Sequence record: MH517022.1
Source: Acinetobacter phage SH-Ab 15599
Length of the DNA: 64,000 bases
Direction: 5' to 3' (one strand)
Under the pieces are notes generated by a model, which had not been told where the DNA came from, did not search any database, and worked only from the letters and a program-made list of their open reading frames with translations. Within the stretch, counting starts at the first letter, position 1. Every line of letters begins with the position of its first letter. Position numbers and translations under genes: made by a program. Of the stretch, positions 18,920 to 27,606 are shown one piece after another.

Positions 18920-20308
18920 ATGAACGTTCATGAAATAATTCAAGCAACAAAGGCTGCTAAAGGTTCAAACAATAAGATTGGATTGTTGAACAATAACAGC
19001 AATAACAAATTGTTGGAAAACTTTTTGGCCACAACATATGATACCCGTGTATCATTTTATGTAAACAAATTTACAATGGGGGAACCCTCTGTTCAAGCCT
19101 ATGACGATATTGAAGTTGAGAATATGCTAGACTTCGTTCAATCATTGTCAGAACGCTTACTCACTGGTAACGCTGCCTTAGAAGCAATTACAGAGTTTAC
19201 TGGTCAATTGTCTGCTGAAGGTCAATCTTTATTCAACATGTTGATCAAACGCGACATTAAAGCAGGTGTTGCTGCAGGTACATTAATCAAAGTCTGGCCA
19301 AAGTCTATTTTTATTGAACCGTATCAACGTTGCTGTCTTGCTAAAGATACCAAAACTGATCTTCGTAACTGGGGCATGTATATCTCTCAGTTGAAGGCTG
19401 ACGGGATGTTCTCTTCTGCTAGTTGTTCAACTGAAATTGGTCATATTGCAAGCCGCGCTGGTACAATCTACCCTAAGAGTGCAGCATTTGATTTGGTGAA
19501 CTCAGAATTACAATCGCACGCTCATTTGGAAGCATTTCCAGGGGTTCTGGTTGGAGATTGTACTGTTGAAGGTGAGTTGATTGTTGTAAAAGATGGTAAA
19601 GAGTTACTCCGCGCTGAATCAAACGGTATGTTGAACTCATTACAACAGTCTGGCGAAGCTCTGCCTGAAGGTTATGACCTTGTTTATCATGTTTGGGATA
19701 TCCTTCCAACTGCGCGACGTACCTATAAGGGTACATTCAATGTAGCTTACAAACAACGCTTTGACGTAATTGAACGTTTGTTCGGTCAGGCTGGTGTCCG
19801 CGTGAAACCAATTGAAACCAAATTCTTCAATACATATGCTGAATGTGTGGCGCACTTCTTGGAAACAATCGGTCTTGGAAAAGAAGGTACAATCATCAAA
19901 CATCCATCAGCAACTTGGATGGACGGCGATAACCCTCTCCAAATCAAGATGAAGATTGAAGCTGAGTGTGAGCTACGTGTGAAAGGTTTCAATCCAGCTG
20001 AAGAAGCCTCGAAGTATGAACATCAATTTGGATCATTACAGTGTGAATCAGAAGATGGTTTGTTGGCAGTAGGCGTTTCATCTGGTTTGACTGACGCAAT
20101 GCGTACTGAACTTCATGCTATGGGAGACTCTCTGATTGAGTGCGTCATTACAGTTAAGTTTAATGACGTCATGCTTCCTAAAGAAGATCAAAACAAACAT
20201 AGTCTATTCCTACCTCGATTCGTTGAGTTGCGCCTAGATAAATCTTCAGCCGACTCGCTTCCACGTATTTTTGACATCTTTGAAGACGCTAAAAAGAATG
20301 CTTCGTGA
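18920..20308 (+). CDS. 30: ATP-dependent DNA ligase
   Basis: Adenylation motif KADG within SQLKADGMF. Size of about 460 aa resembles T4 gp30. Start placed at the ATG after ggag. Confidence 0.8.
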   Translation: MNVHEIIQATKAAKGSNNKIGLLNNNSNNKLLENFLATTYDTRVSFYVNKFTMGEPSVQAYDDIEVENMLDFVQSLSERLLTGNAALEAITEFTGQLSAEGQSLFNMLIKRDIKAGVAAGTLIKVWPKSIFIEPYQRCCLAKDTKTDLRNWGMYISQLKADGMFSSASCSTEIGHIASRAGTIYPKSAAFDLVNSELQSHAHLEAFPGVLVGDCTVEGELIVVKDGKELLRAESNGMLNSLQQSGEALPEGYDLVYHVWDILPTARRTYKGTFNVAYKQRFDVIERLFGQAGVRVKPIETKFFNTYAECVAHFLETIGLGKEGTIIKHPSATWMDGDNPLQIKMKIEAECELRVKGFNPAEEASKYEHQFGSLQCESEDGLLAVGVSSGLTDAMRTELHAMGDSLIECVITVKFNDVMLPKEDQNKHSLFLPRFVELRLDKSSADSLPRIFDIFEDAKKNAS

Positions 20309-20328
20309 GTGAGCAATAATTACTAAAA

Positions 20329-20401
20329 TCCATAAAAATTGCCCTGTTATTAACAGGGCTTTTTAGTGGTATTTTTAATGTTCCACACGGTAGGCTGAGA
20401 G
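20329..20401 (+). repeat. Composite intergenic element: tccataaaaattgc, terminator hairpin, spacer, ccacacggtaggctgagag
   Basis: Hairpin gccctgttattaacagggc plus T run at 20341-20365 (terminator for the ligase gene). Motif at 20383-20401. Same arrangement at 35359-35431 and, degenerate, at 51106-51180. Confidence 0.7.
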
Positions 20402-20461
20402 GTAAGAATTTATATGGGTTAGCAACATAAAAATAAATCTTAATTATTTTTGCCTAACCAC

Positions 20462-20490
20462 TTTACTTAAAACTTGAAAAGCGCTATTAT
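20462..20490 (+). promoter_or_regulatory. Early promoter ccaCTTTACT-N17-TATTAT
   Basis: Leader tcgctcaacggagta 10 nt before the ATG at 20529. Confidence 0.55.
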
Positions 20491-20528
20491 ATCTCTATCA
20501 AATATATTATCGCTCAACGGAGTAGACC

Positions 20529-20831
20529 ATGATTTCACTAGATACATTTCAAGCTCAAGTTCTTTTATCAATCGCACGTTGTTCTGATGTGAACAAGAAG
20601 GGCATAAGAATGGATGACCTTGCGTCTAAAGAAGACATTGAAACTAAAGACTATGGCTCTGCCCGCGTTGCTAAGATGGTTGGTTGTAATTATACCGTTT
20701 TAACTGAAACAATCAATTTTCTTCAACAAGAAGGATATATCAACTCAGTTGAACGCAGAAATGGAAAAGTCCTTATGATGTTTACTGATAAAGGCTACAA
20801 AATGATTAAAGAAATGGTAGCAGCAGCTTAA
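20529..20831 (+). CDS. Small putative winged-helix DNA-binding protein
   Basis: 100 aa. Pattern resembles MarR-like or winged-helix proteins. Weak call. Confidence 0.4.
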   Translation: MISLDTFQAQVLLSIARCSDVNKKGIRMDDLASKEDIETKDYGSARVAKMVGCNYTVLTETINFLQQEGYINSVERRNGKVLMMFTDKGYKMIKEMVAAA

Positions 20832-20928
20832 ACAATAATCCCAAATACAATGGCGTCTAAATGGCGTCATTTTTATTGCTTCTCCATAAATATTCTCAGT
20901 ACAAGAATTTTAACATTGGAAGAAGCCC

Positions 20929-22689
20929 ATGAGCAATCGCCAACCAGATAGTTTTGACTTCAGAGATATTCAAGAGTCATTACAACAGTTCTTATCAACA
21001 GACCCTAGATTCCAAGATGTGAACTGGAAAGGTTCAGTTGCGGCTAGGATGATAGACCTTCATGCATATAACACTTCTATCAACGCATCTTCTGTAGGAT
21101 TCGCCTTTAATGAAGGATCGTTGCATTCAGCTACAATCAGAGAAAATGCAGCTGCTAAGGCCAGCGGAGTTCTTAATTATCTCCCTGCATCCAAGCGCTG
21201 TTCTGAATTGTACGTAAAATTAGAAGTATCTCCTTCAACCGTCAATCCAGATAGTGAAATTGCATTTGACCGAGAAGTAAGATTTGTTGGCGTTAGCAAT
21301 CAGGTTACTCTTAATTTTGTACCAGATACCACTTATAAAGCTCAGCTTGAAGACGGATTGTATACATTCCCTTCAGTGAGACTTATACAAGGTGAACGTG
21401 TAACTAACAGATTTATTGTTAATACCGCACAATCTATTGAAACATATATTATCCCAAATCAAAATATTGATATCAATACTTTGAATGTTATGGTGAAAGA
21501 GGGCGATACCCTCATGCCTTACACTCGGTATAAACATCCTAATCAACTTGGTAAAAACAATCGTTTATTTTATCTCCGCATTAACCCTATGGGACAATAT
21601 ACAATAGAGTTCGGAGATAATGTATTCAGTCGTCAATTGGAATACGCTGAAACTGTTGTTATAGATTACGTTTCAACTAAGGGAGATGAAGGAAACGGAG
21701 CCGCTAAAGTAGCCCCGTCTGGAGCCATTGGAGGTTCAACTAACATTGCGGTGACAATGTTATCTCAATACAGTACTGGAGGCGCTGATGAAGAGTCTAT
21801 TGAATCCATCAAACGTTTAGCTCCACTAGGATTTGGTTCAAACGGGGCTTGTGTTACAGATGCAGACTTCATCTCCGCTACCAAAGAGATCATGGGCGAT
21901 TCAATCTCTGTAAATGCTTGGGGCGGTGAACAAAATGATCCTCCAAAATATGGTTATACATTCATCTCTGTGAGAGGCAAAGATGGTAATGCTATTGACC
22001 AATATACAAAGGATTATTTGAAAGAACAACTACAGCCGCTTTGTGTTGGACAAATTACTCCTGTAATCAGAGATGCTGCTATCACATATCTCTATACAGA
22101 TGTGAAATTTGATTATAATGAAAATAGAACTGTCTTAACCAAATCTCAATTGGAACGTAAGGTTGAAGAAGCCTTGATTGCATATTCCAAGAGAAATCTA
22201 GAACAATTCAGTCAAGATTTTGATAACTCTGTTTTAAACGCATATGTCAAATCTATTGATAATTCTATTACTATTGGACAAACCAATATAGCATTTTATC
22301 AATATAATGATCAAGCTGAAGCCAACTACTATTTCAGTGGAAAACAGTCATTCGATTTTCCTATTGTAGATGGATCTGTAGTTGTGAGTGGATTTAAACC
22401 TCTGGAGACGGATAACAATCTGTACAACTACGAGTTATATGAATCAAACAAACAATTATTGATGAGACGTATCAATATTGCAAATGGCAGCATTTCTTTG
22501 TATCCAGGCAAATACGGAAGTGTTGATCATGCAAATGGCGTAGTCAATATTCAGAATCTCTATATTGATGAATTATCTCCGCGTTTGAAGGTATTTGTTC
22601 AGAAGGATGCTTTGGACAAATCTGCAAAGGCAGAGAAGGATGTGATATTCCAGATTGACGTCGGTACTGTTACGGGGGCTAAACTATGA
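20929..22689 (+). CDS. 6: Baseplate wedge protein (gp6-like)
   Basis: Blocks align to T4 gp6: EFGDNV...VIDYVSTKGDEGNGAA versus YFGEGE...IEYISTNGADANGAV, and EESIESIKRLAPLG...CVTDADF versus PEDIERIRELGTIK...CVTATDYDTF. Confidence 0.7.
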   Translation: MSNRQPDSFDFRDIQESLQQFLSTDPRFQDVNWKGSVAARMIDLHAYNTSINASSVGFAFNEGSLHSATIRENAAAKASGVLNYLPASKRCSELYVKLEVSPSTVNPDSEIAFDREVRFVGVSNQVTLNFVPDTTYKAQLEDGLYTFPSVRLIQGERVTNRFIVNTAQSIETYIIPNQNIDINTLNVMVKEGDTLMPYTRYKHPNQLGKNNRLFYLRINPMGQYTIEFGDNVFSRQLEYAETVVIDYVSTKGDEGNGAAKVAPSGAIGGSTNIAVTMLSQYSTGGADEESIESIKRLAPLGFGSNGACVTDADFISATKEIMGDSISVNAWGGEQNDPPKYGYTFISVRGKDGNAIDQYTKDYLKEQLQPLCVGQITPVIRDAAITYLYTDVKFDYNENRTVLTKSQLERKVEEALIAYSKRNLEQFSQDFDNSVLNAYVKSIDNSITIGQTNIAFYQYNDQAEANYYFSGKQSFDFPIVDGSVVVSGFKPLETDNNLYNYELYESNKQLLMRRINIANGSISLYPGKYGSVDHANGVVNIQNLYIDELSPRLKVFVQKDALDKSAKAEKDVIFQIDVGTVTGAKL

Positions 22690-24488
22690 AGCACTCTACC
22701 CTAGTTGGGAAGCATCTGCCTAGACATTTCAAAAATCAGTATGCAGATTTTGTTTTGTTTATAGAGACGTACTACAAATATATGGAAACCCCAGGCTTCA
22801 TGAATGAAGTCATCAGGGGTCGTATCCAGCGAGGAGACTCTGAACTCGTAAGAGATGATCCAGAGTTGTTTATTCAGACTCAAGATGAACGTTTGTCTGG
22901 CATACGTCAAGACCTTGCAGATATTGATGTCGCCAATTGGAGACCGCCTGAATGGTGGATCAACAATATGGTTGATATCCAAAACATGGAGCGCATCAGA
23001 GAGACATTAAAAACATTTGAGGATCAAACATTTAAAACTTCAGATGGGACTAATTTTGATGCGCAATTTGTACATGATTCAACAGTTTCATCTTGGATGT
23101 CAGATTCTGGATTTCCAGAAGCTACGTTGTTTGGAGGCGATCATGTATTGACAGCTCGTATCCTTCGTTCTTTGTATCAATTGAAAGGAACAACAAAGGC
23201 TTTGGAATTGTTTTTCAATGTCTTCTATGGAGAGGCTGTAAGCATTATTAACCCTAATAATCTGATAGCCGTGTTGGATGACAACTTTGTTTTGGATTCC
23301 AGTGTCGTATTGAAAGATGATATTGTATTCTCTGAATTTGGTATTATCATCAAGGCTAAGCACGATAAATCATATTATGAACCTTTGTTCACAGACGTAT
23401 ACTTGAAGATGTTCCATCCATCTGGGTTCGGCGTCAATTTCATTGAAGGCCAGCCAGATGAAACGCCTATAGTTGTTAGACAATTGGATATTGATTTGTT
23501 TAAACCGTATGCAAACGGTATTTCCAATAACGGAACAATTCAAGTGAAACAACTACAAGGTGGTAATAGTTGGGAATATACAATTGACGGCGGTTCTGTA
23601 TACAGAAAGGGGTATGGAACGACTTTCCAAATATCTGATGGTCATTATCTATCTGGAAAGGTAGGAGCGAGACAAATTACCCCTGCTGGAGAAAAGTCCC
23701 AAACCAAGTTCATGGGGGCTTTCTATGTAGAAACAAAACAACCTTTGGTTACCGTATTCGCCGACTCAGAATATAAGAGAATCAAGGGCAGTACGTTACC
23801 ACGTATCAAAGTTGAACTGTTCAAATATTCTGGAGAACTTCTTCAAACTACCAAATCTGATAATTCTGGCATTTACAGATTTGTATTTCTTGATGGTATT
23901 CCAGTAGGCGAATATGTTATTACAGTTACATCAACTGCTGGAAATCAATCAACAATTACTTTCAATGCAAACTACCAAGACAAGTTGTATCCTGTTCCAA
24001 ATCTGAAATTGGTTAATGATACTGGAGGGAGTGCAACTGATTACATCTCTAAAGACGGGCTTGTTGAAGTCTCTGAAAGTCAGGGTTACGCATGGGAATA
24101 TTCAACAAACGGCGGTTCCACTTGGAATGATGGTTCTGGCACTTCATTTAGATTGAAGCACGGCAAATATCGGTCTGCGACTATCATGGCTAGAACCAAG
24201 AAAGGTATTTTCCATAGCCAATCAGGTTTTATTAACGCCCCTGTAAATATCATTTTGTTGAACCCTAAAATCAATGTATCCAGAGTTGAAGATAAATTGA
24301 TAATCAACTCTACAGACGTACAGACAGTATCTGTTTATAACAACGGTTCTTACGTTGGGACATATGATCTCAAAAACAACAATGTGGAACTGTTTATACA
24401 ACCCGTGGATTGGGATGAATATCGTATAGTTGGAACTGACATGGCGGGTAACACAACCGAAGTCAACTATACTGTTCAAATCCTATAA
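22686..24488 (+). CDS. Baseplate or tail structural protein with tandem Ig-like repeats
   Basis: 600 aa. Internal repeats WEYTIDGGSVYRKGYGTTFQISDGHY and YAWEYSTNGGSTWNDGSGTSFRLKHGKY. Located between gp6 and the sheath. Confidence 0.5.
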   Translation: MKHSTLVGKHLPRHFKNQYADFVLFIETYYKYMETPGFMNEVIRGRIQRGDSELVRDDPELFIQTQDERLSGIRQDLADIDVANWRPPEWWINNMVDIQNMERIRETLKTFEDQTFKTSDGTNFDAQFVHDSTVSSWMSDSGFPEATLFGGDHVLTARILRSLYQLKGTTKALELFFNVFYGEAVSIINPNNLIAVLDDNFVLDSSVVLKDDIVFSEFGIIIKAKHDKSYYEPLFTDVYLKMFHPSGFGVNFIEGQPDETPIVVRQLDIDLFKPYANGISNNGTIQVKQLQGGNSWEYTIDGGSVYRKGYGTTFQISDGHYLSGKVGARQITPAGEKSQTKFMGAFYVETKQPLVTVFADSEYKRIKGSTLPRIKVELFKYSGELLQTTKSDNSGIYRFVFLDGIPVGEYVITVTSTAGNQSTITFNANYQDKLYPVPNLKLVNDTGGSATDYISKDGLVEVSESQGYAWEYSTNGGSTWNDGSGTSFRLKHGKYRSATIMARTKKGIFHSQSGFINAPVNIILLNPKINVSRVEDKLIINSTDVQTVSVYNNGSYVGTYDLKNNNVELFIQPVDWDEYRIVGTDMAGNTTEVNYTVQIL

Positions 24489-24519
24489 TAGCATAAGTAA
24501 TTCAAATGGGAGTTTCACT

Positions 24520-25032
24520 ATGGCTTTTTCTATCTCACCACAGGTGAACATTTACGAGAATGACGCCACGTCCTTATCAGTTCCTTTTGTTGGGGGTGTA
24601 GTAGGGGCTATGGCTGGACTTTCTCAATGGGGATCGGTATCAAAACCGATCCAATTGACTAAAGGATTTGATGAGTATCTTGAAAGATTAAGAGAGCCGA
24701 CTGTTGAATGTTTACAATCATTCTACATCGCTAAGGATTTCCTTCAATACAATGGCGCAATGATGTTTGTTAGAGCCGTTGGCCCAAAAGCAAGAAATGC
24801 TTGTTGGCAACCTGCTGGTGATAACGTAAAACATGATTTTATCAGTATTTCATCTGCTCCTCATCTAAATATTGTTGATACATCTTCTGAGCCGAATGCT
24901 AATGTGGAATTGTCTCTGAATGGAGTCATTGAAGCTAAGCAGATTACAGATCAAAATGGTAAGACGACTTTCCAAATTGAAGTGCCAGAAGGCAAGAAGA
25001 TTGTATACATGAAATTGACGAAAGTCGATTGA
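24520..25032 (+). CDS. Tail-sheath N-terminal-domain paralog with a C-terminal Ig-like extension
   Basis: MAFSISPQVNIYENDA...QWGSVSKPIQL...FYIAKDFLQYNGAMMFVRAVGPKARN aligns to the T4 gp18 N-terminus (FQWGPAFQIKQV...FMSAMNFLQYGNDLRVVRAVDRDTAKN). An extra 75 aa follows. RBS ggga. Confidence 0.6.
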   Translation: MAFSISPQVNIYENDATSLSVPFVGGVVGAMAGLSQWGSVSKPIQLTKGFDEYLERLREPTVECLQSFYIAKDFLQYNGAMMFVRAVGPKARNACWQPAGDNVKHDFISISSAPHLNIVDTSSEPNANVELSLNGVIEAKQITDQNGKTTFQIEVPEGKKIVYMKLTKVD

Positions 25033-25096
25033 GAAGGTGTTAAAACCTAAGTAAACAGAGTTGAATTTAAACAACTAATGGATAAGGAGGAAGCTG

Positions 25097-25402
25097 ATGG
25101 CTTTCAATATTTCTCCTCAAATTAACATCTTTGAAGTCGACAATACAACCTTTGTCGAAACCAAGGGTGATACGATGGGGGCAATGGCGGGTTACTCTCG
25201 CTGGGGAGCAGCAAACAAGGTTGCTCTTATCACTTCTGGCGCTGCTCAGTTCGCTGAACAATTCTTCAAACCAGATACGCAGACTGCTCTGCCATTCTTT
25301 GTTGCAACGGATTTCCTTCGTTATAGCAACAAGATGATGTTTATCCGAGTTGTAGGTGACAAGGCTAGAAACTCTATTGTTGACACTGAATTAGGAGCAT
25401 AA
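25097..25402 (+). CDS. 18: Tail sheath N-terminal fragment (first roughly 100 aa of gp18)
   Basis: MAFNISPQINIFEV...RWGAANKVALI...FFVATDFLRYSNKMMFIRVVGDKARN. Strong RBS aaggagg. Stops with TAA 5 nt before the next ATG. Confidence 0.65.
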   Translation: MAFNISPQINIFEVDNTTFVETKGDTMGAMAGYSRWGAANKVALITSGAAQFAEQFFKPDTQTALPFFVATDFLRYSNKMMFIRVVGDKARNSIVDTELGA

Positions 25403-25407
25403 CAATA

Positions 25408-27015
25408 ATGGCTACAGCATCAAACGTTTTGGTATTAAACGAAGACGAATTGGAGTTTGCTGATTTTGCAGGTTCGCCATTTATTGGTCGCTATCCAGGC
25501 AGTCTAGCAAACGGCATCATGATTTCAATCGCCGATTCAGCTACATTTAGCACTTGGCCATTTGCCTACGCATTTGAGTTTACTCCAGATGCTGGTCAAT
25601 ACGCTATTGCAGTGCTTGATACAACTGGCAAAATTCGCGGTACAGGTTCTGCTTACCAACAGTTCAATGTATACTTTGAACGTATTCGTACAGCTGACCC
25701 AGCGGTAGATTCTACTATCACATTTGGTGGAGCTACTGTTTCTTATAACACAGCCGATACAATGGAAGTGTTCTTGAACAAAGTTGAAACTGCGTTCTTG
25801 GCTGCTGCTTCTAACAATACAAAGTATTCTGTTGTTTCTAAGAAAGTGAGTGGTAACACTGCAGTGATGACTATTAACAACCTAGTGTTGGGAAGTCAGA
25901 CACCTGCATTTACTACTGATGAATACATTCATATCTCTAAAGCGGTCACCAAAGCTGGTGGTTACGGTACGATGATTGAAAAGTATGAATCTGTTTCTAT
26001 GAATCGTGGCGCTAAGAAGGAAGATGGTACAACCAACTATTCTCCTGATATCATCAACCGTCGTTCAGTATGGATTTATCAAAACCCTGCTATCTCAACG
26101 TTGACTCCTGGCGATTACGTTTTAGCTGGTGGCGTGGACGACTATGACACGACTCTTTACAATGCTTTATTGGCATATAAAAATGCTGAAAAGTACAAAT
26201 TCAATTACTTGTTCGGTGCAACTCGTCCACTCGAGAAAAAACTGATTCATGAAATTGTAGAAGGTCGTCGTGACTGTATCGGGTTCGTTGCGCCTGATAT
26301 GAATGACGTTGTAAACAATACTGGACGCGAAATGGAATCAGTAATTGATTTCCGTAATGTGCGTTTCAATATTGCATCAACATACGTCTTCACTACTGAC
26401 AACTGGGCTCAAGTGTACGATCAATACAATGACCGTTATGTTTGGATTCCAACTTGTGGCGGTACTGCAGGTTTGAAAGCTCGTACTACAAACAACGAAA
26501 ACGCGTGGAAATCGCCAGCTGGTTACACTCGTGGTGTTTACTCTGGTTACAACCGTTTAGCTTGGTCTGCAGAAAAGGCTCAGCGCGACGAGTTGTATAA
26601 GATTGGTGTCAACTCTATTGTTGACGCGGGTTCTGACGGTATTATCTTGTTTGGCGATAAGATGACTACCAACAAACCTACTGCATTCAGCCGTATCAAT
26701 GTGCGTTCTGCGTTCATCGTAGCTGAACAGTCAATTGCCAACTATGCGAAATACTACTTGTTTGAGAATAACAACGCTGAAACGCGTTCTCAATTCTTGA
26801 ACGCTGTGAATCCATTCTTCCGTAAGATGGTTACACAAGAGGCGTTTGAACGAGTGGAAACTCAAGTTGACGAAAACAACAACCCGTTGTCTGTTCGTCA
26901 AGAGAACCGCTTTGTTGGTAACTTCCGTATCTGGCCTCAGTATAGCATCAATTACATTGATCTGTACTTCCAAGCTGAAGGAACTAATGCTTCTTTTGAA
27001 GAAAATGAAGCATAA
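25408..27015 (+). CDS. 18: Tail sheath body (gp18 middle and C-terminal domains)
   Basis: C-terminus VWIPTCGGTAGLKARTTNNENAWKSPAGYTRG...FSRINVRSAFIV...NFRIWPQYSINYIDLYFQA aligns to T4 gp18 RWVPLAADIAGLCARTDNVSQTWMSPAGYNRG...FDRINVRRLFNM...TFYIQPARSINYITLNFVA. Confidence 0.85.
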   Translation: MATASNVLVLNEDELEFADFAGSPFIGRYPGSLANGIMISIADSATFSTWPFAYAFEFTPDAGQYAIAVLDTTGKIRGTGSAYQQFNVYFERIRTADPAVDSTITFGGATVSYNTADTMEVFLNKVETAFLAAASNNTKYSVVSKKVSGNTAVMTINNLVLGSQTPAFTTDEYIHISKAVTKAGGYGTMIEKYESVSMNRGAKKEDGTTNYSPDIINRRSVWIYQNPAISTLTPGDYVLAGGVDDYDTTLYNALLAYKNAEKYKFNYLFGATRPLEKKLIHEIVEGRRDCIGFVAPDMNDVVNNTGREMESVIDFRNVRFNIASTYVFTTDNWAQVYDQYNDRYVWIPTCGGTAGLKARTTNNENAWKSPAGYTRGVYSGYNRLAWSAEKAQRDELYKIGVNSIVDAGSDGIILFGDKMTTNKPTAFSRINVRSAFIVAEQSIANYAKYYLFENNNAETRSQFLNAVNPFFRKMVTQEAFERVETQVDENNNPLSVRQENRFVGNFRIWPQYSINYIDLYFQAEGTNASFEENEA

Positions 27016-27067
27016 ATAAATCAAATGAGAGGGAGTTCTACTCCCTCTTCACAGTGAGGAATGATTA

Positions 27068-27595
27068 ATGTCAGTTCAAGACCTAAAGAATGCGGTGAAG
27101 AGTGGTTTGTATCGTAACCACAAATTCCGCATTCTCTTCAACTTTCCTGAGTTCGCAGGTACAGCTGATGTTGTAAAACAAGCAGCTATTTTAGCGCGTT
27201 CTTCAAAGACTCCAGCTTCAACTCTGGGTGTTATTGAAGTACCGTTTGAAGGACGTACAGTTCCGTTGCCAGGTGATCGTCAGTTTGAAGAATTTACTGT
27301 TACCTTGTTAGCGGTAAACGATTTCAAAGTGCGTAATACATTAGAAATTTGGTCTGAAGCAATGAACGGTAGTGAATCAAACACTACTACATCTTTGGAT
27401 TATACTGATTTCTTACGCGACATTACCGTTGAGTTGCTTAATATTAACGATCAAGTTATCAAAACATATACATTGCAAGACGCATGGCCAAACCTTCTAG
27501 AAGGTGTTGACTTAGATCGCGGCGCAATGGATAACTCGTCTGAATTCAATATTTCGTTGCGTTACTTACAATATGTTTCAGACACAACTCGATAA
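27068..27595 (+). CDS. 19: Tail tube protein (gp19-like)
   Basis: 175 aa. GDRQFEEFTVTLL matches T4 gp19 GDRTFDDWTVTVM. Follows the sheath gene. Confidence 0.75.
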   Translation: MSVQDLKNAVKSGLYRNHKFRILFNFPEFAGTADVVKQAAILARSSKTPASTLGVIEVPFEGRTVPLPGDRQFEEFTVTLLAVNDFKVRNTLEIWSEAMNGSESNTTTSLDYTDFLRDITVELLNINDQVIKTYTLQDAWPNLLEGVDLDRGAMDNSSEFNISLRYLQYVSDTTR

Positions 27596-27606
27596 GGTGT
27601 AACAAC

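Noticed and set aside
2230-19992. Numerous 60-120-aa ORFs antisense to or nested within large genes (for example 2230-2484, 5507-5725, 10410-10718, 15337-15654, 19473-19992)
   Set aside because: They are wholly contained in well-supported conserved genes on the other strand or frame, and they lack RBS signals. They are typical shadow ORFs.
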